Positions 42,602 through 58,089 of a DNA stretch of 64,000 nucleotides are shown here, in pieces. Source of the DNA: Eledone cirrhosa (Eukaryota). Under the pieces are notes generated by a model, which was not told where the DNA came from, did no database searches, and was given only the letters and a program-made list of their open reading frames with translations. Each line of letters starts with the position of its first letter. The first letter of the stretch is position 1. The stretch covers positions 43,524,001-43,588,000 of the forward strand of contig OZ024746.1 in NCBI GenBank assembly GCA_964016885.1. The letters are read 5' to 3'. Position numbers and translations under genes: made by a program.

Positions 42602-42621
42602 ATTTATATATATATTTATTC

Positions 42622-42661
<40 letters not shown>

Positions 42662-42681
42662 ATTTATATATATATTTATTC

Positions 42682-42715
<34 letters not shown>

Positions 42716-42718
42716 ATT

Positions 42719-42749
<31 letters not shown>

Positions 42750-42834
42750 TTATATATATATTTATATATATATTTATATATATATATATTTATATATATA
42801 TATATGTATATATATATTTATATATATATATATT

Positions 42835-42883
<49 letters not shown>

Positions 42884-42912
42884 GTATATATATATTTATA
42901 TATATATATATT

Positions 42913-42943
<31 letters not shown>

Positions 42944-43034
42944 ATGTATATATATATATTTATATATATATATTTATATATATATATTTATATATATATA
43001 TATGTATATATATATATGTATATATATATATATG

Positions 43035-43090
<56 letters not shown>

Positions 43091-43092
<2 letters not shown>

Positions 43093-46000
43093 ACTGGAAT
43101 ATATATATAACTGGAAAAAAACATTCGAGCTATCACCCAGCACCACCCTCCACTATCACCCCACTGCACAAACTCCCATTGCTGCCATTAACAAACAAAC
43201 AAATTAACAACACACCAAAACAATTAAAACCATCCACTCTCGCCTCTACATTTTTGCTTAACGCCCAAGGCATCAGCCCTTCCACCAATACTCAAAAATG
43301 GAAGATCAAATTCCTGGAGGACTGGATTGATGTCCATCCAAACCACATCCCTTTCTTCGTCCTCACTGAAACCCATCTCAGTAACCTCCACTTGGAAGCC
43401 GAGGTGAAAGTGAAAAATTTCAAAGCCATCCGTGCTGATCGCGCTGGCAGAAGAAAGGGCGGAACTGCCATTTATGTCCATAATTCTTTCTCAACAGAGG
43501 CTATGAACATATTCACTAATGGATACTGTGAGGCAGTCACTGTATTCAGTCAAACCAACAACCTATTAGTAGTTGGGCTCTATAGGCCACCCCAAACGCC
43601 TGTACCATGCTTCAAGGAATGCCTCAACAGCATAAAGTGTTTCATCCAAGAGTGTCACCCTGACAACATCTTAATGATGGGGGACTTCAACCTCCCCGGA
43701 GTTGACTGGTCCACAAACACCCTGCCACCAGGTTCTTCTGCCTCAACCTCTGACAGGGAAGCTGTGGAATCGCTTCTTGACTTCATGGATGATTTCTTCC
43801 TATCCCAACTAGTGCTCGAACCAACGAGGTGCCACAAAAACGTCCTAGACTTAATTTTCAGCAATCACACTGACAATATCCACAATATTGCAGTGGAGAA
43901 AACTCTACTCTCTGATCATGACATGGTTCTCTGTGATCTGAGATTCCACCGTCCAATATACAAACCCAATGTCATTTCTCCTGTCCATCCGTTTGACGCT
44001 ATGGATTTCCACAATGCAAACTGGGAAGCGATCAGTCATGATCTTGCACATGTCGACTGGTCCTTCACGCACACTCATACACCCACTAACATCACCCACT
44101 AACATCAAAAAGTCCTGGCAGACATTTGTGGACACTGTTACAAACATATGTGCTAAACACACCCATTAAGAACTATAAACAAATCTAAGAGCAGAATCCC
44201 TAGAAATAGAAAAACGCTCATCAGAAAAATTAAGAGAACGAACAAAAAAATCAACAATCTGAAATACTGTCAGCAGCAACACATCAACTTGACTGCCATT
44301 TCATCACTAGAGATTAAAAACATAACCTCCAAAACAACATAATGTCCCTCATCAACAATCAGAGAAGAGCTGAAGAGGCCTGGGCCATTGAGAAGATCAA
44401 ACTCAATCCCAAAGTGTTCTTTTCATTTGCAAAAAAAACACAAAATCACTGGCTCTACTGTTGGCCCTCTAATTGATGAAAATGGCACTCTTCAAGACAA
44501 TGCTAAAACCATGGGTGAGATACTGCAGAAACAATACTGCTCTGTTTTCAGCAATCCTGATATGGCCGATCTGGGCTGTATCGGCGATGTTACTCCCCAT
44601 TACACCTTATCGGACATAACGTTTGGCGCCCCTGATGTCTTGGCGGCAATAAAGGAAATCAAGCATAATTCAGCAGTAGGTCCCGATAGGTTCCCTGCTT
44701 GTGTCTTGAAGGCGTGTCAACACCAACTTGCTTCTCCTCTTGCCAATCTGTGGCGGAACTCACTGGATGCTGGATATGTGCCAGAAAACCTTCTATCCCA
44801 GTCTGTTGTCCCAGTTTTCAAAAAGGGAAACAAATCCTTGCCGTGAATTACCGTCCAATCTCACTCACCTCTCATATCATTAAGGTATTTGAGCGAGTGG
44901 TGAGATCGCGAATGACCCACTTCCTTGAGAGTAACAATATGCTGAACTCCAACCAGCATGGATTCCGTAATGGAAGGGATTGCCTGACGCAACTACTGCA
45001 TCACTTTGATGACATTTTGAGAGCCTTGGGAGAGGGTTCCAACACTGATGTTATCTACCTTGATTTCAGCAAGGCCTTTGACAGGGTTGATCATAACATT
45101 CTACTGAGAAAGCTGTCCAATATTGGTGTCACTGGAAAGCTGCTGCAGTGGATCAAGAGCTTCCTGTCAAACAGAACCCAACATGTTGTAGTTGAGGGAG
45201 TCAAATCAAGCCCAGCCAAAGTCAGTAGTGGAGTCCCACAAGGCACTGTGTTGGGCCCACTTCTCTTCATCTATATTAATGACATCACTGACATCATCAA
45301 ACACAGCAACATTAAAATTTTCGCTGATGATTCCAAGCTCCAAAAGGTCATCAATGGCGTGGATGACCGGATAAGCCTTCAGTCAGACCTACTGGCTGTT
45401 ACCCAATGGGCAGAAAAGAACAACATGTTACTGAACGAAGACAAATTCGAACTGATCCACTTTGGAAAAGAGGATGCTCTGAAACTCCCGTACTCCCTTC
45501 CCTCCGGGGAAACTCTCGTGGCATCTAACAACATCAGAGACTTGGGAGTAACCGTGGACAGCAACATAAGCTGGACCACGCATATAAGCAGCAAAGTTGA
45601 CATGGCCCGCAGAATGTGTTCCTGGATCCTCAGAACCTTCCAGTCGAGAGATTCCCGCACCATTATCCTTCTCTTCTCTACTTTCGCCCGACCACACCTT
45701 GAATACTGTTGTCCACTGTGGTCTCCCCACACGAAACAAAGTATCATGAAACTTGAAGCTCCTCAAAGGGCAATCACGAAAAAGATAGATGGCATGTCAG
45801 ACCTTGACTACTGGGGTCGATTGGAAAACCTGAAACTTTACTCACTCCAACGTCGCCGTGAGCGTTATATTATCTGCATGATGTGGAAAATGTTCCATCA
45901 TCACTGCCCAAATGATGTTGGCATCGCCTTCAAGATACACCAAGGCTTGGGCCCCGTGCTATCCGTCCATTCAAAAATCTAAATCGCAACTCATAACAAC

Positions 46001-46205
46001 AATACGGCACAATTATTTCACCTCAATCGGCCCTGCTCTCTTCAACATCACACCAGGACACGTCAAAACAGAAACTGACCACACAAAATTCAAGAAGTCT
46101 TTGGACAAATTCCTCCAAGTAATCCCGGACAAACCACCCACACCCGGATATGTCTCCGCAAACAGTAATTCTCTTCTCGAATGGGCCATGGTGCCCAAAT
46201 CCTGA
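43091..46205 (+). pseudogene. LINE ORF2 with stop at ~44100 and frameshifts at ~44330, ~44840 and ~45940
   Basis: Consecutive ORF pieces 42804..44102, 44388..44846, 44699..45982, 45912..46205. Confidence 0.85.
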
Positions 46206-46291
46206 ATTGAAAGACTTCGCCAGGTGGTGCTATTAAGTTAGACATGGCCTGGGCCAATACTGGCCAAAACATTTCAAAGTTATTCAAAGTT
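43091..46291 (+). mobile_element. CR1-clade LINE (APE endonuclease plus RT), 5'-truncated and disrupted
   Basis: LTETHL, GLYRPP, MGDFN, LDLIF, SDH; NYRPISL, QHGFR, YLDFSKAFD, GVPQGTVLGP, FADD, RPHLEYCCPLWSP; tail (ttcaaagtta)2; (TA)n on both sides. Confidence 0.92.
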
Positions 46292-46294
46292 ATA

Positions 46295-46518
<224 letters not shown>

Positions 46519-46526
46519 TATGTATG

Positions 46527-46667
<141 letters not shown>

Positions 46668-46690
46668 ATATATATATATATATATGTATG

Positions 46691-46765
<75 letters not shown>

Positions 46766-46819
46766 GTATATATATATATATAAATATATATTTATATATA
46801 TTTATATATATATATATTC

Positions 46820-46919
<100 letters not shown>

Positions 46920-46994
46920 TTATATATATATATTTATATATATTTATATATATATATATATTTATATATATTTATATATATATATATTTATATA

Positions 46995-47063
<69 letters not shown>

Positions 47064-47072
47064 TTATATTTA

Positions 47073-47171
<99 letters not shown>

Positions 47172-47180
47172 TTATATTTA

Positions 47181-47397
<217 letters not shown>

Positions 47398-47424
47398 ATA
47401 TATATTTATATTTATATATATACA

Positions 47425-48400
47425 TTGTTATTCTTGGGGAGGGTCATATTTGCGTAATATTGCCAGAATTAATAACAGAACACACTCACTGTTTGGTTGG
47501 TTTTCGCTTCTCGCTGTCTTTTATATCTGCGATCTAACTTACTCTGTCCTCAATGTTGCCATTGACTGACCGACGGTCAAAAATAATACAGATACAATAT
47601 AGACACAAACACATATATATAGTTTACATAATTTACATAAATCTTTCGTTGCACATCTGCAACATCGTCAGTGGTGTTATATTCATTGTTCCTCCTGTTG
47701 TGTTGTATGTCTACGCCATTTTTTATTCAGTCTGTCTATATATTTATTTATTTATTTGCTTGTTTGTTTATCTTATTTAATTTTTTGTATTCTTTGTGCA
47801 TGCGTTTGCGTGTGTGTATAGTGTTATGTGTGCTGGGTGACTAGTGTGTGTTTATGTGCTTGTTGTTATTGTGCTTGTGTATGTATTCATTTATCTTATT
47901 TTATTTTATTTTATTTACTTATTTATACTTCTCTTAGGTCAGTGTTGTTTGTTTGGGTGTTGTTGTTGTTCCACTCATTCTTTCTGTTTAGCTTTGGTCT
48001 TCTAATTTCTATTTCACTGGCCTCTCTGATTTGCCTATCTGCTGGGTCATTCCTATGTTTAGATATTATTCTAATTTCTATGTTGTCTATGTTACCGTCA
48101 TGTTGTTGTCTAGCATGTTCTTATAGTACTGACCCGTTTTTTCGTCCTTTTAGTTCCCCCCAGTCTTGGTCTATCGTTTCACCTATGCTACGAGCTGTCT
48201 CGCCTATGTATGTTGTTGTCATGCTTCTGCAAGTACCCTCTGTACATTTTATGCTATAGACTACGTTTCTAGTTTTACAGTTTATGCGGGGGTTTACCTT
48301 ACATATGATACATTTCCTATTAGTACAGTGGGTTTTCTTAAAAGGGTAGGTTTTGCTGATCAGCGATTTTATGGTGGTTCCTGGCTTTTCTACCACCTTT
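47425..48400 (-). mobile_element. 5'-truncated second copy of PLE family G (GIY-YIG end plus pLTR)
   Basis: High similarity to 36171-37160; HHR core at ~47632-47676. Confidence 0.9.
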
Positions 48401-48561
48401 ATTTAGGGTTTGTATAAAAATATAAATAACTGCAAAAGGTTTTTATATTTACATAACCATAAATAGTATAATTAATACTATAAATATATATATATATAAA
48501 TATAAATATATATATATATATTTATATATATATATATTTATATTTATATATATATATTTAT

Positions 48562-48653
<92 letters not shown>

Positions 48654-48660
48654 ATATATT

Positions 48661-48691
<31 letters not shown>

Positions 48692-50394
48692 ATATATATT
48701 TATAGTATTAATTATAATATTTATGGTTATGTAAATATAAAAACCTTTTGCAGTTATTTATATTTTTATACAAACCCTAAATAGTGGTAGGCAGTAATAT
48801 ATTACTACCTTATTACCACTAAGTTAAGAAGCTCAATGTAAAAACATCAGATGATTTACAGAGCAGTTATATGAATTATAAGAATCAAAGAACTGTTTAA
48901 AACATTTTTATGCTTACAACTGTTTCCTCCAAACCGAGGTTTGGATTCTTCGGAGCAATTTATTAATGAGTGAACAGTTATGTGACCTCCTTTTCACCCA
49001 AGAGACATACAGATACATATGCAAATATTGTGGGTCAACATTCATTACAGCATTTAGAGTGGCAGTACACACTTAGAGATTACATTCATATTAAAAGATA
49101 CAATCAAAAATACAGGTTAAAGTACAACATGAAAATAAGCGGTTATATAGTGCAAAGGTTATATGTGTGGCAAGCACGTGCGTCTTGTTTATATAGTGTG
49201 GCAGAGAGTTACGTGTAGTAGAAGCCCTTAAGTAGGTAAACAAGAGTGTTAGGTTGGTTGATCTGGTGACAAATTCTTTATATGATTGTTATAGTCTGTG
49301 TGTGGAGAAATAATATAAGCATTAAAAATAGTGCAAGCATTAAATATTAAAAATATTGGAAATGCGCAGTGAAGGGATGATATGGACCTCATGTACTTCG
49401 ACATTTTCATAGTCTGGGGAGTGCATTTTTCAGATTATATGCCCCTCACATAATCCACGACGATTCGATATTGAGCGTTTGACAATCCAGTTAGAGAATC
49501 GTAGTCTGATGTTCTTTAGTTCAATACAGGAGGATGTTACGTTTCGAGAATCGACATCGAAATACTACCCGGAAGTGTGTGTGTGGCTAAGGGGAGTTAA
49601 TGCATGGGGGGGGGGTAACTCCGAGGTTTCTATTACTAACTATTGAAATGTGTCTCAAAATAGACCCAAACTTCTATGGTTATGCGCAATTTCTAAAAAA
49701 TTTCCAATTTAAAGTGTTTTCACTATAGAGTAGTCTATTAAGTTGTGCTGAAGGTGTTCGTATTATTATGGTGATTAACCCCGATCGTAGAGTGCCACAA
49801 ATGAATATTATAGACGACGAGCGAGGATTCTAAATTAATGATCTCTGTGGTTGCAGTCTACTCAAAGGACCCGGCGCGGTGATTGCAGAATCACTTCAAC
49901 ACACAATGATCCCTGGTAAGTTCCGGGTCATCGCTTACTACATTGGATGTCGAAAGATAATCACCAGGGCCGACCAGAGGTCAATCCGCAGTCCTCCTGA
50001 CCCCAATCTGACCATCAAATCATCCATATATGTACAACCCATACGCCACTTGCAATAGATTCATTCCCTGCACTCAGCGTACCGGTCATACTGCTCATCA
50101 GCGTTACTAGATTAATTCGTTTTTCATCTGTCCAACGATGGCACTTCCTCCGCACAACACTAACGAGACAATCAATTCATGCTTAAACTATCTATAGAGC
50201 GGTGTAGTGCAGTTCAAGTGGGTGGATGTTGTCACACCTAAAGTAGAGGTACAAATGGGTATTCGCCCTGCGAAGGGTTCTAGAGGGATGTCGCTGTTTG
50301 TGTTATATTAGATCAGTGAGTGTTCGGTATGTGGTATAAGGTGTATCCCTGGTGTTTGATGCTAGAGGTGGTGTTTGGTTCAAGTCCGACATTG

Positions 50395-52809
50395 CTATAT
50401 ATTGGGCTTAAAGTTTTGGAAGGAATGTCTGAAGCGGTGCTGGCAAGTTGCAAACACTTCAGATTTTTTGTTAAGTAGGTTACTGTTAGAGAAGATAATA
50501 TTGTGGGTCTCTAGTATACAGAGGTTACAAAATTTATTAGGTGGTTTGTCCAAAGTCGCGCTACCTATCACTTCCCATTTGAGTGTGTAAGGTTTATTTT
50601 TAGTTTTTAGATAGTGTATGTAGCTAGATAGTGAGGTGGAGTTGGTTAGACTGTGCTTTTTGAACGAGTGGATGTGCGAATTATATCTGATTTTGAAGCA
50701 GTCAGAAGTGGAGCCTACATAGGTTTCTGAAGAGTTGCTAGTTGTGACGGTGCATGAGTATATGATATCCTTGGTTAGGCATTTTTTATCTAATGGGCAG
50801 GTTCTATTAGCTCTACAGTTACAATTATCCTGTGTGTTAGTCTGCTGGTTATAATGCCGTGCAGAAGTCTGGGTGGTAGCTATAGGATTTTGGACATTCG
50901 GGTTGTCGACCCCGGTGTTATTTCTTATTATAGTGTTATTTCTATGGTTGCTTGCTACAGAGGTATTTAGAAGGTTTACCTCCTGTTGTGATTTCGTTTG
51001 TTGGAAGTAAGAATTAATTTTACTTTTATTGCTGCTAGCTATGTGGTATGCTAAGTTAGGCGTCGTAGTGTATGAGATTTTAATAGTGTTTTTGTTTAAA
51101 AGGTTGTGGTACTTGTGTCCTAGAGGGAAGTTTTTATCTAGTAGTGAGAAGGAAGCCCTAGGTATGTTGGTGGAGACATTTAGGTTTAAAGGAGGGTTGA
51201 AAAATGTATTATTTCTTCTTCTATTTTTATTTTTAGTATCTGGTGTATTGTTTCTTCCTAAGGGACTACGGTAGTTTCCGTGGTAATGGTTACTTCCGGT
51301 GGCACCCTCCGTTTTGATGCACTTGCGGTTGCTATTCCTATTATTAGGTTTCCTCATGGACATGTTGTAGCTATGCGTTTTCTTAGGTAGGAACTCAATC
51401 TCTATATTATGGCCGGATCTAGCTAATGCTTGATTATAATATTGTGAGTTTTTGCTAAATATGTTTGCGTCATAGGATAGATTAGAGATTCTATTGGATA
51501 CTCCCTTAGAGATAGAGTTTAATATTGATCTAGGGTGACTAGACTTGGTATCTACGTAAATGAGTTTTTCGTTGGGTTTATGGAAAGGTGTATATATTCT
51601 TGAGTCTAGGTATAGTGTGGTGTCTAGGAAGTTAACATTTTTAGTGTTTTTGTCCATGGTGATACTAAGGTTAAAGTTTTTGAATGTCTTGTGCAATAGT
51701 TTTCTAGTTCTTTCTATATTAATTTTTTTATATTCTATAAGTAGAAGTGCATCATCGCGGTACAAACCACCGTTGAGGTAAGGGAGGTCCTTATGTATTT
51801 CATTAAGAAGGTATAGGCCGACCAAATCAGTGACCTGCGCCGAGTCACTATATCCCATGGTTATGTGCGTATCCTTGCGTGTCCATAGTTGGTCCTCGAA
51901 GGTGATTATGGTTTTACGGGCCGCAAGGATGACATCTATCTGGGCTCTAGTCAGGTCGCTATTGTTCATGGCCATGATTAGTGCCTTATTTAATAGGATA
52001 GGGGAAATAGAGGTGTAGTATGAATTGATATTAAATTGAATAAACTTTTTGTCCTTATTATTCTTCATATCTTTGAACCATTCAATAACTTCACCCGTAT
52101 TTCCCCATTGTTTAAGGTGTATCTTGTGTTTAATTTGTGGGATGATTTTATCTAAAATTTTCTTGCTGATAATACCAATGTCGGACTTGGAAGGGCAGAT
52201 AAGTCTTATCGAGGGGTTGCTAATGAAGTCCCCCTTATGATCCTTCAGAGAGAATCTAGGGGGGTTTGGGGTGAATGGTTGTGTATGCCTCTAAAGTCCT
52301 AGTTTAGACACTATATTATATCCCTGTATATTAATATCTTCTAAGTTTTTCAAGGTGGTCTTCTTGTAGCTTTTATGTAGTTCATTATATATAAACTTTC
52401 TATAAGTATTATAATCTAGGCTGTATATGTTATTAGTTTTATCTGCGTGTACAATAATTTTATTACTAGTTTTGAATTCATTAATAGAGGTGTTAAGTTT
52501 GTTTAAGAAGGTGTTGCTTCTATTATGGTGCTTATTGTATTTAATGTTCTTAACTAGTTTAACTAGGTCATTTTCAAAGGAGTTAAGTAGTGTGTTATGA
52601 GGGGGGCTTTTAAAGGTTTTAAAGCCGAAGGAGTCAAATTTGTTGGTATTATGCACATTGTTAGATCTGTTTCTATCATGATGGAATGTCCTCCATCTCA
52701 CTCTATTGATAAATGAATTTACACTGTTGATCAGCAATTTCTCATATGTATTCCTGGATGGTATTGGTATGTTCTTGGTTGACATGGGGAGTTGGTCTTT
52801 GATTAGCAT
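50395..52809 (-). pseudogene. Naiad RT-GIY-YIG polyprotein (~804 codons) with a single in-frame TAG at 52291-52293
   Basis: KNIPIPS, HADKT, LKDHK, RLICPSKS, FIQFNI (motif A Asp replaced by Asn), ITMGYSD, GLYRDD, FLD, CNCR, IIYSC...TYVG, CNLC. Confidence 0.92.
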
Positions 52810-54496
52810 ATTGGTAATTTATTGTATGTCAGCTCAACAATATGGAGCAGTTAATAGTATTAATTATACTATTTATGGTTATGTAAATATAAAAACCTTT
52901 TGCAGTTATTTATATTTTTATACAAACCCTAAATAGTGGTAGGCAGTAATATATTACTACCTTACTACCTACTTAACAAAAAATCTGAAGTGTTTGCAAC
53001 TTGCCAGCACCGCTTCAGACATTCCTTCCAAAACTTTAAGCCCAATATATAGCAATGTCGGACTTGAACCAAACACCACCTCTAGCATCAAACACCAGGG
53101 ATACACCTTATACCACATACCGAACACTCACTGATCTAATATAACACAAACAGCGACATCCCTCTAGAACCCTTCGCAGGGCGAATACCCATTTGTACCT
53201 CTACTTTAGGTGTGACAACATCCACCCACTTGAACTGCACTACACCGCTCTATAGATAGTTTAAGCATGAATTGATTGTCTCGTTAGTGTTGTGCGGAGG
53301 AAGTGCCATCGTTGGACAGATGAAAAACGAATTAATCTAGTAACGCTGATGAGCAGTATGACCGGTACGCTGAGTGCAGGGAATGAATCTATTGCAAGTG
53401 GCGTATGGGTTGTACATATATGGATGATTTGATGGTCAGATTGGGGTCAGGAGGACTGCGGATTGACCTCTGGTCGGCCCTGGTGATTATCTTTCGACAT
53501 CCAATGTAGTAAGCGATGACCCGGAACTTACCAGGGAACATTGTGTGTTGAAGTGATTCTGCAATCACCGCGCCGGGTCCTTTGAGTAGACTGCAACCAC
53601 AGAGATCATTAATTTAGAATCCTCGCTAGTCGTCTATAATATTCATTTGTGGCACTCTACGATCGGGGTTAATCACCATAATAATACGAACACCTTCAGC
53701 ACAACTTAATAGACTACTCTATAGTGAAAACACTTTAAATTGGAAATTTTTTAGAAATTGCGCATAACCATAGAAGTTTGGGTCTATTTTGAGACACATT
53801 TCAATAGTTAGTAATAGAAACCTCGGAGTTACCCCCCCCCCCCCTCATGCATTAACTCCCCTTAGCCACACACACACTTCCGGGTAGTATTTCGATGTCG
53901 ATTCTCGAAACGTAACATCCTCCTGTATTGAACTAAAGAACATCAGACTACGATTCTCTAACTGGATTGTCAAACGCTCAATATCGAATCGTCGTGGATT
54001 ATGTGAGGGGCATATAATTTGAAAAATGCACTCCCCAGACTATGAAAATGTCGAAGTACATGAGGTCCATATCATCCCTTCACTGCGCATTTCCAATATT
54101 TTTAATATTTTTAATGCTTGCACTATTTTTAATGCTTATATTATTTCTCCACACACAGACTATAACAATCATATAAAGAATTTGTCACCAGATCAACCAA
54201 CCTAACACTCTTGTTTACCTACTTAAGGACTTCTACTACACGTAACTCTCTGCCACACTATATAAACAAGACGCACGTGCTTGCCACACATATAACCTTT
54301 GCACTATATAACCGCTTATTTTCATGTTGTACTTTAACCTGTATTTTTGATTGTATCTTTTAATATGAATGTAATATCTAAGTGTGTACTGCCACTCTAA
54401 ATGCTGTAATGAATGTTGACCCACAATATTTGCATATGTATCTGTGTGTCTCTTGGGTGAAAAGGAGGTCACATAACTGTTCACTCATTAATAAAT

Positions 54497-54543
54497 TGCT
54501 CCGAAGAATCCAAACCTCGGTTTGGAGGAAACAGTTGTAAGCA
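54497..54543 (+). ncRNA. Type I hammerhead, core variant CCGAAGA (family J)
   Basis: tgct-CCGAAGA-a tccaaac ctcg gtttgga g-GAAACA-gt-TGTA-agca. Confidence 0.7.
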
Positions 54544-54592
54544 TAAAAATGTTTTAAACAGTTCTTTGATTCTTATAATTCATATATATATT

Positions 54593-54763
<171 letters not shown>

Positions 54764-54794
54764 ATATATATATTTATATAAATATATATATATT

Positions 54795-54964
<170 letters not shown>

Positions 54965-54969
54965 ATCTA

Positions 54970-55015
<46 letters not shown>

Positions 55016-55034
55016 TATATATATATATATATAT

Positions 55035-55222
55035 ATGCAAAAACCGGCTTCCTACATAACGGTTGCTCAATATTTATGGTACGTCAAAATTATTTATAAA
55101 ACTGTTTATATATTGTATTTTATCTGAAGAAGGCATGCCATATTTTTTATATGGTATCCCCGAAATATGTATAATGAAATAAATATGGTTTTATAAATAT
55201 AGTTTCCATTTCTTTAATATCG

Positions 55223-55225
<3 letters not shown>
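55035..55225 (+). mobile_element. Solo pLTR fragment of family F with HHR
   Basis: Homologous to 30750-30880; HHR at 55116-55181. Confidence 0.7.
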
Positions 55226-55253
<28 letters not shown>

Positions 55254-55331
55254 ATTTATATTTATATATATATATATTCATATATATATATATTTATATT
55301 TATATATATATATATATATACGATATATATA

Positions 55332-55398
<67 letters not shown>

Positions 55399-55477
55399 AT
55401 TTATATATATAAATATATATATATATATTTATATATATATATACATATTTATATATATAAATATATATATATATATT

Positions 55478-55509
<32 letters not shown>

Positions 55510-55575
55510 AATATATATATATATATTTATATATACATATACATATTTATATATATAAATATATATATATATATT

Positions 55576-55611
<36 letters not shown>

Positions 55612-55657
55612 TATATATATATATATATTTATGTATATATATTTATATATATACATT

Positions 55658-55691
<34 letters not shown>

Positions 55692-55705
55692 TATATATAT
55701 ACATT

Positions 55706-55741
<36 letters not shown>

Positions 55742-55968
55742 TATATATATACATTTATATATTTATATATATATATTTATATATTTATATATATATATTT
55801 ATATACATTACATTTATATATATATATATATATTTATATAAATACATATATATATTTATATAAATACATATATATATTTATATATATATATTTATATATT
55901 TATATATAAATATTTTTATATATATATATATTCATATATATATATAAATATTTTTATATATATATAAA

Positions 55969-56013
<45 letters not shown>

Positions 56014-56146
56014 ATATATTTCTATATATATATATATATTTATATATATATTTATATATATGTATATATATTTATATATATATATATATATTTATATATT
56101 TATATATATATGTATTTATATATATATATATTTATATATATATATT

Positions 56147-56181
<35 letters not shown>

Positions 56182-58089
56182 GTTCTACAACGCGATGACC
56201 AAAAACGTGAGGTGTTCAGGATTGCCAGGCAATGTGTCAAGGAAATCCGTGATATTGTCGGGGAGAAGTGTGTACTTAACGATGATGGCATACTTGCCAT
56301 CACCGACACTGATAAGAAGGTAGCTTGGAAGTGTCACTATGAAAGGCTACTAAATGAGGAGAATAAATGGGAGAAAGACAGTCTCCCCCATATCGACCCG
56401 ATAGAGGGACCAGCAGTGTTAGTCGAGGGGAGTATAATAAGTAAGGCAATCAAGGATATGAAGACGGGTAAGGCGGCTGGGCCTTCGGAAATAGTTGCTG
56501 AGATGCTGAAGGCATCTGGCACGGTGGGACACACCATGGTCACCCGCATAGTTAACCAAGTCGTACAGAATGGGGTTGTTCCGAAGGACTGGCATAGCAG
56601 CATCATCGTTAACTGTTATAAGGGTAAAGGAGACGCCCTAGATAGGAGTAACTATAGAGGCATTAAATTAATCGACCAGGTCATGAAGGTCACGGAAAAA
56701 GTAATAGCGCAACTAATCAGAGAGAGAATTGACCTAGATGAAATGCAGTTCGGGTTTGTGTCAGGCAAAAGCACCACAGACGCTCTTTTCATAGTACGAC
56801 AACTACAGGAGAAGTACCTAGCTAAAGGTAAACCCCTCTACTTAGCTTTTGTCGACCTGGAGAAAGCCTTCGACAGAGTCCCCCGCTCCATTATCTGGTG
56901 GGCTCTTAGAAAACTAGGCGTTGACGAATGGCTTGTGAGGGCTATACAAGCCATGTATAAAGAAACAGACAGCAAGGTTAGAATTAACAACGAATATAGT
57001 GAAGAGTTTAGCGTAAAAGTTGGCGTCCATCAGGGCTCTGTTCTCAGCCCCCTACTATTTATTATTGCCCTTCAGGCTATAACAGAGGAGTTCAAGACAG
57101 GCTGCCCATGGGAACTCCTATACGCAGACGACCTGACACTCATAGCGGAATCAATGGCCGAGCTAGAGAAGAAATTCCAAACATGGAAGCACGGCCTAGA
57201 GTCAAAAGGACTTAAAATTAACCTGGCTAAGACCAAAGTTCTAGTTTGTAGGAAAGAAAACAAGGCGGCGGTCCCTTCTGGGAAATGGTCGTGCTCGGTA
57301 TGTAGGAAAGGCGTAGGTAGAAACTCCATTTTATGTCCTAAATGCAAAGTATGGGTGCATAAAAGATGTAGTGGGATCACAGGTAAGCTAACTAAGAACA
57401 TAGACTTTACATGTGGCCGGTGTTCTGGTGCAATAAGTAGCAGCAAGTGCCCACAAAATACTAGCTCTTTCAATTGCGCAGAGGGTTCTATAGAAATAGT
57501 GGACAGCTTCCGTTACCTGGGCGATAAAATCAGCAGTGGGGGAGGGTGCTCTGAAAGTACTGTAGCTAGAGTTAGAACTGGTTGGAAAAAGTTCAGAGAG
57601 CTTATACCACTATTAGCCGCTAAAGGGTTCTCCCTAAAAATGAAAGGCAGGTTGTACGATGCCTGCATACGAACAGCAATGTTGCATGGTAGTGAGACCT
57701 GGGCATTGTGTGCAGAGGATATACGCAGACTAGAGAGGAACGAAGCTTGCATGCTCCGCTGGATGTGTAACAGTAATATACGTGAACGGCAAAGCATAAA
57801 CGAACTAAGGAAAAAATTAGAGATAAGAGGGATCAGATGTTGTTTACTCGAGAGAAGGCTGCGTTGGTATGGACACGTGATGCGCATGAAAGTCGATAGC
57901 TGTATAACAAAGTGCAGGGCAATAAAGATAGACGGTAGCCACGGAATAGGCAGACCTAGAAAAACATGGGATGAGCTGATAAACTCCGACCTCACACACT
58001 TACACCTCTCCAAGACAATGTCACTGGACCGAGACCTTTGGCGGTTCTCAGTAACAGAGAAGACCCGCCTTGCCAGTAGGCATCTCTAA
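56182..58089 (+). CDS. RTE reverse transcriptase (5'-truncated) with inserted C4HC3 PHD-like finger
   Basis: [57 protein letters not shown]. Confidence 0.9.
   Translation, partial: VLQRDDQKREVFRIARQCVKEIRDIVGEKCVLNDDGILAITDTDKKVAWKCHYERLLNEENKWEKDSLPHIDPIEGPAVLVEGSIISKAIKDMKTGKAAGPSEIVAEMLKASGTVGHTMVTRIVNQVVQNGVVPKDWHSSIIVNCYKGKGDALDRSNYRGIKLIDQVMKVTEKVIAQLIRERIDLDEMQFGFVSGKSTTDALFIVRQLQEKYLAKGKPLYLAFVDLEKAFDRVPRSIIWWALRKLGVDEWLVRAIQAMYKETDSKVRINNEYSEEFSVKVGVHQGSVLSPLLFIIALQAITEEFKTGCPWELLYADDLTLIAESMAELEKKFQTWKHGLESKGLKINLAKTKVLVCRKENKAAVPSGKWSCSVCRKGVGRNSILCPKCKVWVHKRCSGITGKLTKNIDFTCGRCSGAISSSKCPQNTSSFNCAEGSIEIVDSFRYLGDKISSGGGCSESTVARVRTGWKKFRELIPLLAAKGFSLKMKGRLYDACIRTAMLHGSETWALCAEDIRRLERNEACMLRWMCNSNIRERQSINELRKKLEIRGIRCCLLERRLRWYGHVMRMKVDSCITKCRAIKIDGSHGIGRPRKTWDELINSDLTHLHLSKTMSLDRDLWRFSVTEKTRLASRHL

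Larger units (their letters stand above)
48700..54585 (-). mobile_element. Full-length Naiad-type PLE (family J) with ~1.6-kb inverted 5' pLTR
   Basis: 52966-54585 is the reverse complement of 48868-50480; tail 48703-48812 repeated at 52855-52963; HHRs at 48911-48957 (-) and 54497-54543 (+). Confidence 0.93.

Noticed and set aside
42804-43090. YIYI-type N-terminal extensions and many similar ORFs (also 56110-56181, 27454, 46244)
   Set aside because: Translation of (TA)n microsatellite
53340-53400. CTGATGA in the J pLTR
   Set aside because: No downstream GAAA closing a helix II
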